From the human T2T-CHM13v2.0 reference genome, Homo sapiens: DNA of 64,000 bases. Shown in pieces: positions 41,880 to 59,574 of this stretch; position 1 is the stretch's first letter, and each line of letters starts with the position of its first letter. The DNA lies in the NCBI RefSeq assembly GCF_009914755.1, contig NC_060943.1; one strand, given 5' to 3'. The translations under genes were made by a program, and so were the position numbers. The notes beneath the pieces are model-generated. The model was given only the letters and a program-made list of their open reading frames with translations, searched no databases and had not been told where the DNA came from.

Positions 41880-42872
41880 TATGGGGAAAAGAAATCAGAT
41901 TGTTACTGTGTCTATGTAGAAAAGGAAGCCATAAGAAACTCCATTTTGATCTGTATTAAGAAAAATTGTTCTGCTTTGAGATGCTGTTAATCTGTAACTT
42001 TAGCCCCAACCCTGTGCTCACAGAAACGTACTGTATTGAATCAAGGTTTAATGGATTTAGGGCTGTGCAGCATGTGCCTTGTTAACAATATGTTTGCAGG
42101 CAGTATGCTTGGTAAAAGTCATCGCCATTCTCCATTCTCTATTAACCAGGGACACAATGCACTGCGGAAAGCTGCAGGGACCTCTGCCTGAGAAAGCCTG
42201 GGTATTGTCCAAGGTTTCCCCCACTGAGACAGCCTGAGATATGGCCTCATGGGAAAGGAAAGACCTTACATCCCCCAGCCGGACACCCTTAAAGGGTCTG
42301 TGCTGAGGAGGAGGAGTGAAAGAGGGAGGCCTCTTTGCAGTTGAGATAAGAGTAAGGCTTCTGTCTCCTGCTCATTCCTGGGAATGGAATGTCATGGTGT
42401 AAAGCCAACCATTCCCATTCGTTGTATTCTGAAATAGGAGAAAACTACCCTGTGGCTAGAAACGAGATATGCTGGCAGCAATACTGCTCTGTTGCTCTTT
42501 GCTACACTGAGATGTTTGTTTAAAGTGAAACATAAATCTGGCCTATGTGCACATCCACGCACAGTACCTTTCATTGAACTTATTCATGATACAGATTCCT
42601 TTGCTCACGTGTTTCCCTGCTGACCTTCTCCCCACCATCACCCTGTTGCCCTGCCACACTCCCCTCACCAAGAGAGTAAAAATAATGATCAATAAATACT
42701 GAGGGAACTCAGAGACCGGCGCCGGTGAAGGTCCTCACATGCTGAATGTGCCAGTCCCCTGGGCCCACTATTCTTTCTCTATACTTTTTCTCTGTGTCTA
42801 ATTTCTTTTCTCAGTCTCTCGTCTCCACCTGATGAGAGATACCCATAGGTATGGAGGGGCAGGCCCCCTTCA
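41880..42872 (+). mobile_element. HERV-K LTR5(A-like) solo LTR inside an antisense AluJ, just upstream of the ZNF587B promoter
   Basis: tatggggaaaagaaatcagattgttactg...ggcccccttca; near-TSD ACAGGA. Confidence 0.85.
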
Positions 42873-43079
42873 AACAGGATTTTGCTTTGTTGCTCAGGCT
42901 AATCTCTAACTCTTGGCCTCAAATGATCCTTCTGACTTGGCCTCCCAAACTGGTGGAATTACAGGAGCTAGCCACCATACCAGTCAGGGCGCATATCTTA
43001 AGGATACTCCTGAGGTGGAGCTGGGCTTTTCCTGCAGAACCGCCTCTGGGAATTGTGCCCTTTACCCTCCTTGTTACCT

Positions 43080-43445
43080 AGGGAACTACATTACCCAGAA
43101 AACTCCGCATGGAATGACAGAGTGGAAGAGCCATGGGGGCTCAGAATAAAGGCATTTCCTGTGTGCACGTGACAATGGGTCCGGACTTCCGGCGCCCTCT
43201 GGTGGCGGCCATTTTGATTGGTGTTGGGTTTATTTGTCGGAGAGGCTCCTGAGCGCTAGGTCGGCACTGCGGTGACTGAACCCAGAAGGCGGAGAACAGT
43301 TGTCCTCTGCTGCACAGAGGCGACTCTGGAGCTCTGTGACGGCGCCAAGCGTGACCCACCCCTGGGCCAGGATAGGGACCGTCATGCCCATATCTCCTGG
43401 CTGGTCACCCTCTCCTCCCAACCCTGCTTTAAACCACGTGGTTCG
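43080..43445 (+). promoter_or_regulatory. ZNF587B: ZNF587B main promoter and 5' UTR
   Basis: ACTACATTACCCAGAA at 43085, E-box CACGTG at 43166, ETS ACTTCCGG at 43185, CTCF-like motif at 43191-43208, YY1-like GCGGCCATTTT at 43205. Confidence 0.8.
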
Positions 43446-43481
43446 ATGGCGGTGGTGGCCACGCTGAGGCTCTCTGCTCAG
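43446..43481 (+). CDS. ZNF587B: ZNF587B exon 1 coding part (MAVVATLRLSAQ)
   Basis: ATG at 43446, donor CAG|gtaattgtg; homologous to the other first exons. Confidence 0.88.
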
Positions 43482-43659
43482 GTAATTGTGGTGCCTTCCA
43501 TGCCCTCAGGTCACCTCATCATCACCCAAAAGCCTGTAGTCTTGCAAGGAAGAGTCTTTAAGGTGGCAGAGCCATAGGCAGCAGATGCTGAGTTTTTATT
43601 AGGAGTGACTGTCAGGACAGCCCTTTTGAGCTGCTGAAGGCCTAATCTTTTATAGTCAC

Positions 43660-44239
43660 TGTTGTACCTGAGCGAGTTAGAGAAAACGCCACACTTTGAG
43701 ACGAATTAAGAGTCCGTTTATTTAAAAAAAAAATCCGTTTATTTAGCCGGCGGCCAAGAGATGGGTAACGCTCAAAGTTCTCGCGGCCCCAAAGAAGGGG
43801 CTAGATTTTCTTTTATACTTTGGTTTAGAAAGGGGAGGGGGGGTCTAGTTAAAACAATTTTACAGAAGTAAAGTAGGCAAGAAAAGTTAAAAGGATAAAT
43901 GGTTACAGGAAAGTAAACAGTTCCAGGTGCAGGGGCTTTAAGACTATTAGAAGGTGATAGATGCGGGGCTTTGGGCGTTATCAATCAGACGAATTCCTGG
44001 GAACTGCGGATATAGCTCGCCACAGTATCTTATCAGTTAATTGCATTCTTGGATGTGCTGGGAGTCAGCTTGCACAAGTTAAGTCCTTGAGGAAGGGGCT
44101 GCCAGTGAAAGAGCCAAGATGGAGTCTGTCTGGCTCTCTTATGTAAGGGAGAGTCAATTCAGGTGGAAACAAGTCTAGGTGATTAAAGGAAAGGGAGAAT
44201 CTAAAAACAGGGTTAGTAAAAACAAGGTTGGGCATTACA
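43660..44239 (-). mobile_element. LTR6 (HERV-T/S71) solo LTR in ZNF587B intron 1
   Basis: Reverse strand starts tgtaatgcccaaccttgtttttactaaccc; TSD TCAC. Confidence 0.8.
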
Positions 44240-44544
44240 TCACAGAATCCTCTAGTGAGAACTGATAGTGGAACAGTGTGCTCGTTGGTGACCTTACCTC
44301 GTTAGATGCAGTCTTTATTTTTTATTTTTTTGAGACGGAGTTTCACTCTTGTTGCCCAGGCTGGATGCAATGGCGTGATCTCGGCTCACCGCAATCTCCG
44401 CCTCCTGGGTTCAAGCGATTCTCCTGCCTCAGCCTCCCGAGTAGGTGTCATTACAGGCATGCGCCACTGCACCTGGCTAATTTTTTGTATGTTTAGTAGA
44501 GATGGAGTTTCTCCATGTAGGTCAGGCTGGTCTCGAACACCTGA

Positions 44545-45242
<698 letters not shown>

Positions 45243-45305
45243 TGATCCGCCCGCCTTGGCCTCCCAAAGTGTTGGGATTACAGGCGTGAGCCACTGTGCC
45301 CGGCC

Positions 45306-47830
45306 AATTCTATTTAATTATTTTAATTTCTTTGCTGAATTTATCTGATAGAATTCTGAATTTTTTCTCCGTGTTTGTCTTGAATTTCTTTGAATTTCCT
45401 CAAAATAGCTATCTTGAATTATCTGTCTGAAAGGTCACGTATCTCTGTTTCTCCAGGATTCGTCTTTGGTGCTTTATTTAGTTTGTTTGGTGAGGTCACG
45501 TTTTCCTGGATGGTGTTGATGCTTGTAGATATTCGTCAGTGTCTGGGCATTAAACAGTTAGGTGTTTATTGTGGTCTTCACAGTCTGGGCTCATTTGTAC
45601 CTGTCCTTCTTAGGAAGAGTTTCCAGGTATTTGAAAGGACCCGGGTGTTGTGATCTAAGCTGAATCTACTTTAGCGGGAACCCCACACTCAGTAATGCTG
45701 TGACTCTTGCAGACTCAGAGAGCTGTATCACCTTTGTGGTCTTGAATAAGATCTGAAAGATTTCCCTTGATTAACATAACAGGTAGAGACTCTTGTTGGG
45801 TCTTCCCTCACTTTGTCCCAGCATGTCTCTGTCAGTGCTGAAGTGCCTGAAACTGGGGGTTGGGACAGAAGCACCCCTTTAGCTACCACCACTGGGACTG
45901 TGCTGGGTGAGAGCTGAAGCCAGCACAGCACTGGGTTTCACCCAAGGCTCCTGTGACCACTACATGGCTATCGCCTGTGTTCCCTCAAGGCCCTAGCCCT
46001 GTACAGTCAGCAGGTGGCAAAGCCAGACAGGCTTATGTCCTTCTCCTTAGGACGGTGAGTTCCCCAGGCCTCAGGTTGGTATACAGATGCCATCCATGAG
46101 CCAGGGATTGGAGTAAAAATCCTTAGAAATCTACCTGGTGTTCCTTTGCACTGCAGCTGAGCTGGCACTCAAACTACAAGCTAGAGCCCTTCCCACTCTT
46201 CCATCCCCTTTCCACAGGCAGAGCAGCCTCACTCTGTGGCCACCACCAGCACGGGCCCACAGGGAGTGCTGTCAGACTACCACTGAGGTTCCATTAAGGG
46301 CTAAGAGCTCTTCAGTCAGCTTGTGGTGAATGTTGCCTGGTCTGAGGCTGACTCTTCAAGACTCACCCAGGGCAGGTCCAGCAATGTCATCCACGAGCCA
46401 AGGCCTGGAATCAGGGACCCCAAGAGGCTTCTTGGTGCTCTATCCCTCTGTGGTTGAGCTGGCAGCTGAGGTGCAAGACAAGGTCCCCTTTACTTTTTCC
46501 TCTGTTATTCTCAAGCAGGTGGGGTCTCTGACCGTAACCACCACAGCTGGCAGTGTGCTGTGTTACATCTGAAGCTGGCATGTCTCAGAGTCTCACCCAG
46601 TGCCATCGCATACTACCTGGGTACTGCTGCTAGTTATTCAGGGTCCAAGGGTTGTTTAGTCAGAAGGTGATGGGTCCTCCCATGACTGAATTCTTCCCTT
46701 CAAGGCAGCAGGTTCTGTTTTGGTCCAGAGTGTGTCTAGAAATATTATCTGGGTGGGCCTGGAATGGGTCCTCACAACCCTGCCCAGTGCCCTATCCTGT
46801 GGCTGAGGTGACATCCAAAATGCAAGACAAAGTTCTTTTTGCTGTTCCCTCTCCTCTCCTCGAGTGGAAGGAAGGAGCCACGTAGCCTGGGGTTGCATGA
46901 GGGGTGGCACAAGCACACCCTTAGCTACCTCAACTGGTGTCTCAGTAGGTTGTGCTCCCCCAACCCAACCAGGTCCCCTGGCTCGGAGCCCAGCTCAGCA
47001 CAGCACATGCCTAGGGGTTGCAGTCCTTGTGGCCTCGACCGCCTTTCAAGTTTATTTAGGACTTCAGAGCCCTCCAGCCCACAGTGGCAAGGCTTGCCAG
47101 ATCTCAAGTCCTGACCATTGGGGTGGGCGATTCCCCTCTGGCTGGGCTGGTCGCTATGCTTACTCCCTGGGTAGGCGTCCGTTGAGTTCAGCCCAGTTTT
47201 GCTTTCTGCTATGACAGGGAAGCACTGAGTTCTGTGCAACGTCTGACAGTCACTGCGCTTTCCCTTCCCAGGAGCACAGATTCTCCACAACAGGCAGGCA
47301 CTGCTGGGGGATGGGGAGGAGTGGCATTGGCAACTCAAGACTCTACAGCCCCTTTTAGTGCCATTTCCAGTAATACAAAATTAAATCCAGGTACTGTGAG
47401 TGCTCATTTGATTTTTGGTTCTTACAAAGGTGATTTTTTTCTGTGTTGACAGTGTTTAAATTTGGTGTTCTGGGCCGGGTGTGGTGGCTCACGCCTGTAA
47501 TCCCAGCACTTTGGGAGGCTGAGGCAGGCGGATCAACTGAAGTCAGGAATTTGAGACCAGCCTGGCCAACATGGCAAAACCGTGTCTCTACTAAAAATAC
47601 AAAAATTAGTCGAGTGTGGTGGCAGGTGCCTGTAATCCCAGCTACTTGGGAGGCTGAGGCAGGGAGAATTAGGGAGAATTGCTTGAACCCCGGAGGCAGA
47701 GGTTGCAGTGAGCCAAGGTAGCACTACTGGACTCCAGCCCTGGTGACAGAGCGAGACTCTCTCTTAAAAAAAAAAAAGAAAAAAAAAAGGTGTTCTGTTA
47801 AGGGTATGATGGGTGCAGCTTTCTATTCTG
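45306..47830 (-). mobile_element. Old L1 (L1M-type) 5' UTR/ORF1 fragment with an Alu insertion
   Basis: Antisense L1 ORF1-like text (gaatttatctgatagaattctgaa, ggtgaggtcacgttttcctggatgg) followed by a repetitive GC-rich 5' UTR. Confidence 0.7.
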
Positions 47831-48299
47831 CCATCCTGCTCTGTTGCACCTCTCGAACTCAGTCCTTTCAACCGGAAACACTAGAGAAACCCTAAACCCT
47901 AGGCCCTAAGTCCATAACGCAGGTGGTATGGAGGTATTCCCATTTCAGTGAAACTGTGTAAACACTTAGAAGGTCAGCCTTGGATTTGGTAGCAGTATGT
48001 GAAATGCTCAGAGATAAAACTGATCAGAGTGGGGAGGTGATGTTACTTCTCTGCCTGGCTCCACATTGGAGAAAGGAACATGGGGTTAAGGGAGGAGGAA
48101 GGAAGACAGCGTTGAGGCTCATTCTGTCATCCAGGTGAGGTTTAATGGATGATTGTTGGCCAAGGAGATGTCGCTAGAATTGTGATTTACATTTGGTAAA
48201 GGAGCAGCTAGATTTTCTAATGCGGTCGGTAAGGACATGCAAGAGGGTTTCAGGTATGACGCTGGGGGTTTTTTGTTTTTGCTTTTTTTTTTTTTTTAG

Positions 48300-48401
<102 letters not shown>

Positions 48402-50198
48402 TGAGTAGCTGGGACCACAGGAGGCACACGGCATCACGCCCGGCTAATTTTTGTAATTTTAGTAGAGACAGAGTTTTTCACCGTATTGGTCAGGCTGGTC
48501 TTGAACTCCTGACCTCAGGTGATCCACCCACCTCAGCCTTCCAAAGTGCTGGGATTACAGACTCGAGCCACCGTGCCTGGCAACCCTAGGGGTTTTGGCC
48601 TTAGCAGCAGCAGTGATAGAAGCTGTATCAGCTGAGATGAGCAAGTTGGGAGTAGGCATAATACAGTCACTGGGAATATAAGGAGGGTTGTTTTCACCAT
48701 GCTCAGACCCTGAGATGCTTGTCCACATAGGTTGGGATATCTGGGAAGGAATTGATATTGGAGACATCCAGTATATGATAGCTAATGTGTGGACTAAGGT
48801 GCGTTAGCCATGGGTCCCATTTTGGAGGGCACACTTCATAATAAGGTAGTAAATCTTTTAGGGAACCAGAAAGGACTGATTGGAGGCTGAGGACTAGATG
48901 TTTTGCCTGGGTCCCTGGCGGACATTATTGGCATTCATAACCTGTGTTATGCATTCACACAGGAGAGGGAGGTAAGTGACAATGAATGTAGGGTGTATCA
49001 GAGGGCATAGCTTGTCGTGGGGCAGACTTCCATGGAGATAATAGAGATGAGATGCAGGCAGAAGTACAGAAGTAATTGAGGGAAAGGTCATCATTGCTGA
49101 GGGGCTGGCAAGTGTAGCACAGAAGTAGAATAGGGTCATGGATAGCTGAAGCCACACATGGTTCTGTGTTTCTGTGGAGCCATGCAAGGAGGTCCTCACA
49201 GAATTACTTGAGACCACCGCTCCTTTTAGGATCCAATAGAATTGCAATTCTGTGGTAATATTGGATCGGTTTGAATGGGCCATACACTCTGGATGGTGTC
49301 AGCTACGATGTAGTGTAAGGCCAAAAATTAAGGCCCAATGCGATTTGCCACCTGGATGCCTGGTGATATTGGTATGACCACAAATGGCTGAGTGCAAGTT
49401 TCTTTCCCATTTAACTCTCTTTTTATATATTTAAAATTTTTTCTCTCGTGTATGTATGTAGAAACATGGTCTTGCCTTGTCGTCCAGGCTGTTCTTGAAC
49501 TCCTACGATCAAGCAGTGCTTCCACTTCGACCTCTCAGAGTGCTGGGATTACAGGTGTGAGACACCATGACTGGCCACTTCACTCTCTTAAGTAATATAT
49601 CTGAACGGGTGCAGTGCCTCATGCCTATAATCCTAGCACTTTAGGAGGCCGAGATGGGTGGATCATTTGACATCAGGAGTTTGAAACCAGCCTGCCCAAT
49701 ATGGTGAAAGACCATCTCTACTAAAAATACAAAAATTAACCAGGCATGGTGGTACACTCATGTAATCCCAGCTACTGAGGAGCTGAGGCAAGAGAATTGC
49801 TTGAACCCAGGAGGCGGAGGTTGCAGTGAGCTGAGATTGCACCACCCCGCTCCAGCCTGGGTGACAGTGAGACTCCGTCATAAAAAAAAAAAAAAAAAAA
49901 AAAAGGAATGTATCCTAGCCTCTGAAGCCTTTCGATCAATGAATGGGACCAGGCAGAGTTCCTGTTATAGTTTGTAGTGAGTTTCAATTCCATTTTTATC
50001 TCCAGAGTTATTCAAATAAGTCAATGGCATCCTCCTGAGGGAATCAGGCCATTACACTCTCTTCATCTTACAAAGCTTGCATGCCATGGCCGTGGTTGCT
50101 CTCTTTTATCCACAATCCAACCCCCATGTGGCTCTTTGTGGTGAGTGGTGTCCCTCTTATCAGGCTGTTAATATATGTGATACCTTTTTTTTTTTTGA

Positions 50199-50303
<105 letters not shown>

Positions 50304-50411
50304 TGAGTAGCTGGGATCACAGGTGCCCACCACCACGCTCAGCTAGTTTTTTTTTTGTTTTGTTTTTTTTTTTTGGTTTGGTTTTGTTTGAGATGGAGTC
50401 TCGCTCTGTAG

Positions 50412-50576
<165 letters not shown>

Positions 50577-51942
50577 TAGGCAGGATGGTCTCGATCTCCT
50601 GACCTCGTCATCTGCCCGTCTCAGCCTCCCAAAGTGCTGGGATTACAGGCATGAGCCACGCCCCCGGCCTAGTTTTTTTGTATTTTTAGTAGAGACGCAG
50701 TTTCACTATATTGGCCAGGCTGGTCTCAAACTCCTGACCTCAGGCGATCCACCCGGCTCAGCCTCCTAAAGCACTGGTACTACAGGTGCGAGCCACCACG
50801 CCTGGCTCAATACATTTGATTTGGAAACTGCTCTTGACGACATCTGTAGAATATCAGATGTCATTTGTTTTACCAAAAATGTAACCCTAGGGGGAGATTT
50901 CAACCCACACTAGTAGAAGACAAAGGAGGAAATTAAGATACTTTAAGTTGGCTGGACACAGTGCCTCATGCCTGTAGTCCCAGCACTTTGGGAAGCTGAG
51001 GTGGGTGGATCACAAAGTCAGGAGTTCGAGACCAGCCTGGCCAACATGGTGAAATCCTATCTCTACTAAAAATACATAAATTAGCCAGGTGTGGTGGTGC
51101 ACACCTGTAATCCCAGCTGTTCAGGAGGCTGAGGCAGGAGAATCCTCAGGAGAACCCAGGAGGCAGAGGTTGCAGTGAGTCTAGATCGTGTCATTGCACT
51201 CCGTCTCAAAAAAAAATAAAAAAAAAAAGATACTTTAAATTGTGGCCGGGCACAGTGGCTCAAGCCTGTAATCCCAGTACTTTGGGAGGCCGAGGCAGAT
51301 GGATCATGAGGTTAAGAGATCAAGACCATCCTGGCCAACATGATGAAACCCCGTCTCTACTAAAAATATAAAAATTAGCCAGATGTGGTGGCGGGTGCCT
51401 GTAGCCCCAGCTACTTAGGAGGCTGAGGCAGAAGAATTGCTGGAACCCAGGAGGCAGAGGTTGCAGTGAGCCGAGATTGTGCCACTGCACTCCAGCCTGG
51501 CAGCAGAGGGAGACTCCATCTCAAACAAACAAACAAACAAAAAAAGATACTTTAAGTTGTTTAAAGGCCAGAGAGAGGCCAGTGGTGTGTGGCAGTCAGC
51601 TGGGGATGGACATGGAATGTACCTGGAAGTCTAAAGAATGAGGTGCGTTCAGAGAGGGTATCTCTGCTGTGCTGAAGGTGCCACATTGGGCTTCCCATGA
51701 CCTCGGCCATACTAGGGAAAGTGCCTGTCAGGAGTGGGTGGACTTTATGTCACAGCCACTGCACAGATACCTATTTGTTCAACTAACTATTGTTGGTGGC
51801 TGTACCCCATGACCAGTGGGCCTAGTTTCTCCTATGTTTGAGGACCTTGAGAGGAGGATGTGCGAGAGTAGATGTGTGGGAGAGATGGATTGTGATACCT
51901 CAGCATAGGGGTGGTTTGTGGTTTCATCTGTCAACATCATAA

Positions 51943-52095
<153 letters not shown>

Positions 52096-53654
52096 TGACT
52101 TGAGCTAGTCTCTGTTTTCCCCTGTCTTTCCCCATTGGCAAGACTTTCTCATGTCAGGAGCATGGACACAGCTTCCTGCTTCAGTTCTATGGGTAGGTTC
52201 TTGGTTGTAGGACTGAGGTGTACATACTGCCCTACTCCTTTCTTGGAGCAGCCCCAGCACCTGCTTTACTGCAGGCTCCCAGGGAGGGATTCCCAGTCAG
52301 AAGCCCACCTTGTTAGTCCTGTGGATGTTTGGGTGTCCTTGTCCAGATTTCAGGTTCCTGTGTACCCACAGTCTACTTCCTTTCTCTAGCTGCTATTTTC
52401 TTATGCCTTCCTGTGGCAGGAATTGCCTTCACAGACTACATCACTGCCTATATAGACCAGAGGCTGTTCTTGCAAGATCTTCTTTAGAAATTCTCCTTCA
52501 AATACTCAGTTTTTTTCTCTCATGGGCTGAGTTGTTCTGAGACAATGTTGGCTGTTCCCTTGTTCTGTCTTTCCCTTAGTCTGTGCATCATTCATGTCCC
52601 ATGTATTTGGTCATCATTGTGGTGGGAGGCACAGTCCTCCATTTGATCCAGAAGATGCAAATGAATTCAGCCTCAGCATAATAGGCTCAGAAGGAGTGAG
52701 TCCCTAAAGAGTGGCACCCTGGGCTGGGGATGGTGGCTCGCTCCTGTAATCCCAGCACTTTGGGAGGCCCTGGCAGGTGGATCATAAGGTCAGGAGTTCA
52801 AGACCAGCCTGGCCAAGATGGTGAAACCCTGTCTCTACTAAATATAAAAAAATCACTCGAGCATGATGGCATGTGCCTGTAGTCCCAGCGACTCAGGAGG
52901 CTGAGGCAGAGAACTGCTTGAACCCAGGAGGCAGAGGTGGTGAGCCCAGATCACGCCACTGCACTCCAGCCTGGGCAACAGAGCGAGACTCTGTCTCCAA
53001 AAAAAAAAAAAAAAAAAGCAGCACCCTGGAGGAGGTCATGGAGTCAGGGCTTTATTGAAAGCATACCAGGAACCTATTCTACTTTAGTAGCATTTTTGTG
53101 GCAAGAGAAGTAGGCACACATAATTTGTCTTTTCTTCCTCATTCTTGAGAACATCACACTTGTCACTTGTCTATCTTATCATTTCTACTCCTTTTTTTAA
53201 GCTTTGACCTACTTGTACATGAACTCGTACCCTAATATCCATTCTCCTATCTAATCTTCACATCTCTGGACCCCAAATCTCATCCATTTTACATATGTCA
53301 CCATTTGCGTGTTCTCCAGTATTTGCATAGAGATTTGTGTTAGCAAGTATATACGCTTTGTTACAAACTGTCCTCAAGCAGAAGCTGCTGTGTTGTGCTT
53401 GTGTTTTCCTTGGCCTGGACAAATCCCTCTCTACAGCACTCACATGTCATGAGGACATAAATTCTGCAGATGAGTGGTTTGCAGATGCAGGGATTGTAGA
53501 CCCTGCCTCTACTCCCTGTGTTACATACATGGTTGTGTCCTTTAACTTATGAGGCCTCCTACATTCTGTGACCGTTATAGTCCAGTAATAATACATAGCA
53601 CCATCTTCCATCTGAAGCCAACATCCTGTTCCTCCAAGTAGTTCCTTGGAGTAA

Positions 53655-55481
<1,827 letters not shown>

Positions 55482-56413
55482 GTGCAGAGAATGAGTCCAG
55501 TCTCATTAAATACAGGAGAGCACACACCTGAGTAAGATCTTGTGATTGCAGCAAATGTGGAAAATGTTTACCCAAAAGAAGTCTGCTCTCCTTGGACATT
55601 GGAGAGTTCACACCAGAGAAAAGTCCTTACAAGTAAAATAAATTTGGCAGTTTTGTAGCCACACCTCTGTATTCCTTCAGGATTATATTTAACACTGAAT
55701 GAAGGCCTTACTAGTGTGGCAAATATAGGCTATTTATCCAGAAGTCTGGCTTCAAAACTCACAGGAGAGCTGTCACTACGGAAATGCCTTTTGAATGTAA
55801 TGTTTGCAAAAAAGCACTGTGCCTTCTGTCATTGAATCCTAGAACACTGAGATGAGAAAAACACTGTAGATGTATAGGTTAGATATATAGGGAATGTTAT
55901 TATTTTTTCCTTTTTTTGGAGAGACGGTCTCACTCCATCACCCATGCTGGTGTGCAGTGCTGCGATCGTAGCTCACTGCATCCTCCGCCCCCTAGGCTCA
56001 AGTGATCTTCCCACCTTAGCCTCCATGTAGCTGGGTCCACAGGCATGCACCACCATGCCTGGCTATTTTCTCATATTAGTAGATATAGGGTTTTACCATG
56101 TTTCCAGGCTGGTATCGAACTCCTGAGCTCAAGCAATCTGTACACCTCAGCCTCCCAAAGTGCTGAGATTGTAGGTTTGAGTCACTGTGCTCAGCCAATT
56201 ATGTTTTTCTGTGTAACATGGGAGGAGATCCTTTGAGGGCACCATGTGCCCAAATTGAAAAAACTCCAGGCATGTGGCATCTGTATTATATTTTTTACTA
56301 TGCCCTGTTATCTTGCTAGACTTATGTGACTGCCACTTATCTGGCAAAAGCCATTACATCTCAGCTACTTGGTAGGTACCCACATTGCATCATTCACCTA
56401 TTTCGTATTCTAG

Positions 56414-56719
<306 letters not shown>

Positions 56720-57151
56720 TGATCTTGAACTCCTAACCTCGTGATCCACCTGCCTTGGCCTCCCAAAGTGCTGGGATTACAGTGTGAGCCTCTGCTTCTG
56801 GCCTTTTTAAAAATTTTTTAAATTTATATTTTTTGTAGAGACAGGGTCTTGCTGTGTTGCACAGTCTGGTCTCAAACTGCTGGTCTCGAGTGATCCTTCT
56901 GCCTGGCTTCCCAGAATGTTGGGATTATAGGCGTGGCATAAGTCACCATGCTGGGACTTTTTTATTTCTTTAATTTTTAATTCCAGATCTGGTCACAGAA
57001 GGATTTGTTGAGTAGCCTCAGCACTTCTTGCTTTTTCATTTCTTTCTGATAAGTTACACCATGGACCTTCCCCATTTTTGTCCCAGAGGACTCTTGTGCT
57101 GACTTGAAAAGATGGACTATTTTGGCTAAGCATGGTGGCTCATGCCTGTAA

Positions 57152-57244
<93 letters not shown>

Positions 57245-57846
57245 TAAAAATATAAAAATTAGCCGGGCATGGTGGCGCACCTGTAGCCGCAGCTACTCAG
57301 GAGGCTGAGGCAGGAAAATTGCTTGAACCCCGGGAGGTAGAGGTTGCAGTGAGCTGAGATCATGCCACTGCACTCCAGCCTGGGTCCTGCTACCTTGAAG
57401 GACAGCATAGCTAAACTGCGTGGCCCAAGGGACAGCATGAATGCAGAATATAGCTTTCTTCACTTGTGGCCTATTTGCATAGCTGCCCAAGGCCTCCAGT
57501 GGACGACTTCATGGCTTTGTGGTCTTCATCTGTAGCATGGATACTACAGATTGTGGGTTCATAGGTCAGCTGGGTACAGGGCAGTTTTTATAACAACCTC
57601 TGGTGGGTTTTTTATTTTAGTGTCAATATCACACTGAAAGATTGGTGATTTTTTTTGAACCAGACAAAATTCTCTCTTATGAGGTATATTGCACTGTGCT
57701 CGGTACTGTTGAGGGAACTCTGTTCAGCAGATCTTACAAGGCACACATGTGCCATGATATCCAGAATTCTGTAAGGCAACATCACAGGTTGTAAGGCTAT
57801 AGGATGAAATTATAATTTTATGGTTACTTAGTTACTGCATTTATAG

Positions 57847-58059
<213 letters not shown>

Positions 58060-59121
58060 TAGTAGAGACGGGTTTCACCGTGTTGCACAGACTGGTCTTG
58101 AATTCAACTCTTGAGCTCAGGTGATCTGCTCACCTCCGCCTTCCAAAGTGCTGGGAGTACAGGTGTGGGCCGCTGTGTTTGGCTGAAATGTATGTCTTTT
58201 AAAGGAGTGTCCACAGTTATCCAGTCACTGTGTCTGTGATGGATAAGCAGATACAGAAATTCTCAAGACTTCCATAATAATGAATGTTGTGTAGCTAAGC
58301 TTTGGTCAGAGGAAATAATCTAAAGGTTTTGTGAATTCATGTAACCTTTTGGGCTGCTCACCTTAAGGTAACTCCTGTATTAACAGGAGGAACAGAATAG
58401 GGAAAAAGATCTCAGTTCAGTGATGTAGCTTTGTGACCAGCCAGTGATCCAGTTCAATCAGGTAGAAATGACCTTCCTGCTACATCAATATTTGCTTCTA
58501 TGGAGGCTAGTTTCCCCACTTAGGGCATGAGAAGAATTGGTAAAGTCAACATAAAATTGCCAAACCTGTCACCAAAAATGATGGCAAATCTGTATTTTTC
58601 TCTTAAACCGTGTTATAAAAGCTGTAATAAGGTATAGGCTGAGCATCATGGCTCATGCCTGTATTCCCAGCACTTTGGGAGGCCAGATTCCTTGAGACCA
58701 GTGTGGGGAACATGGCAAAACCTTGTCTCTAGGAAAAATAGCCAGGTATGGTGGCATGTACCTTAGTCTTAGTGATGTGGGAGGATTGCTTGAGCCTGGG
58801 AGGCAGAAGTTGCAGTGAGCTAAGATTGCAACGCTGCAGTCCAGCCTGGGTGATAGAGTGAGACCCCATCTTAAAAATAAAATAAAGATATAAATGACAT
58901 CCAATAAAGTACACATATTTGAGCTGTAGGATAAGTCTTGAATTTTATTATAATCCCGTGAAACCATCATCAGAGTCACCATAATGAATTTATCTAATCT
59001 ATCACCTTTGTATTTACTTGGAGCCTTTATAAAGTTTTTCTCTCTGCTCTTCAAACAACCATTGATTTACTTTGCTGTATGACGGAGTACTTTCCATTTT
59101 CTGGAATTTTCTGACTGATGT

Positions 59122-59127
59122 AATAAA
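59122..59127 (+). terminator. ZNF587B: Probable ZNF587B polyadenylation signal
   Basis: AATAAA paralogous to 20016-20021. Confidence 0.5.
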
Positions 59128-59292
59128 GTGTTTCCTCTTATAATCCCTGGGTGCTCTCCTGCATCATGCTTATTTTGATGTCATTGTAGATATATGAGTT
59201 GTTCATTCGTTTTATGTTGCTGAGAAGTATAGTCTGCCGTGAAATGTCATTGTATATTCATTCATTCATCCATCCATTTATGGATATTTTAG

Positions 59293-59574
<282 letters not shown>

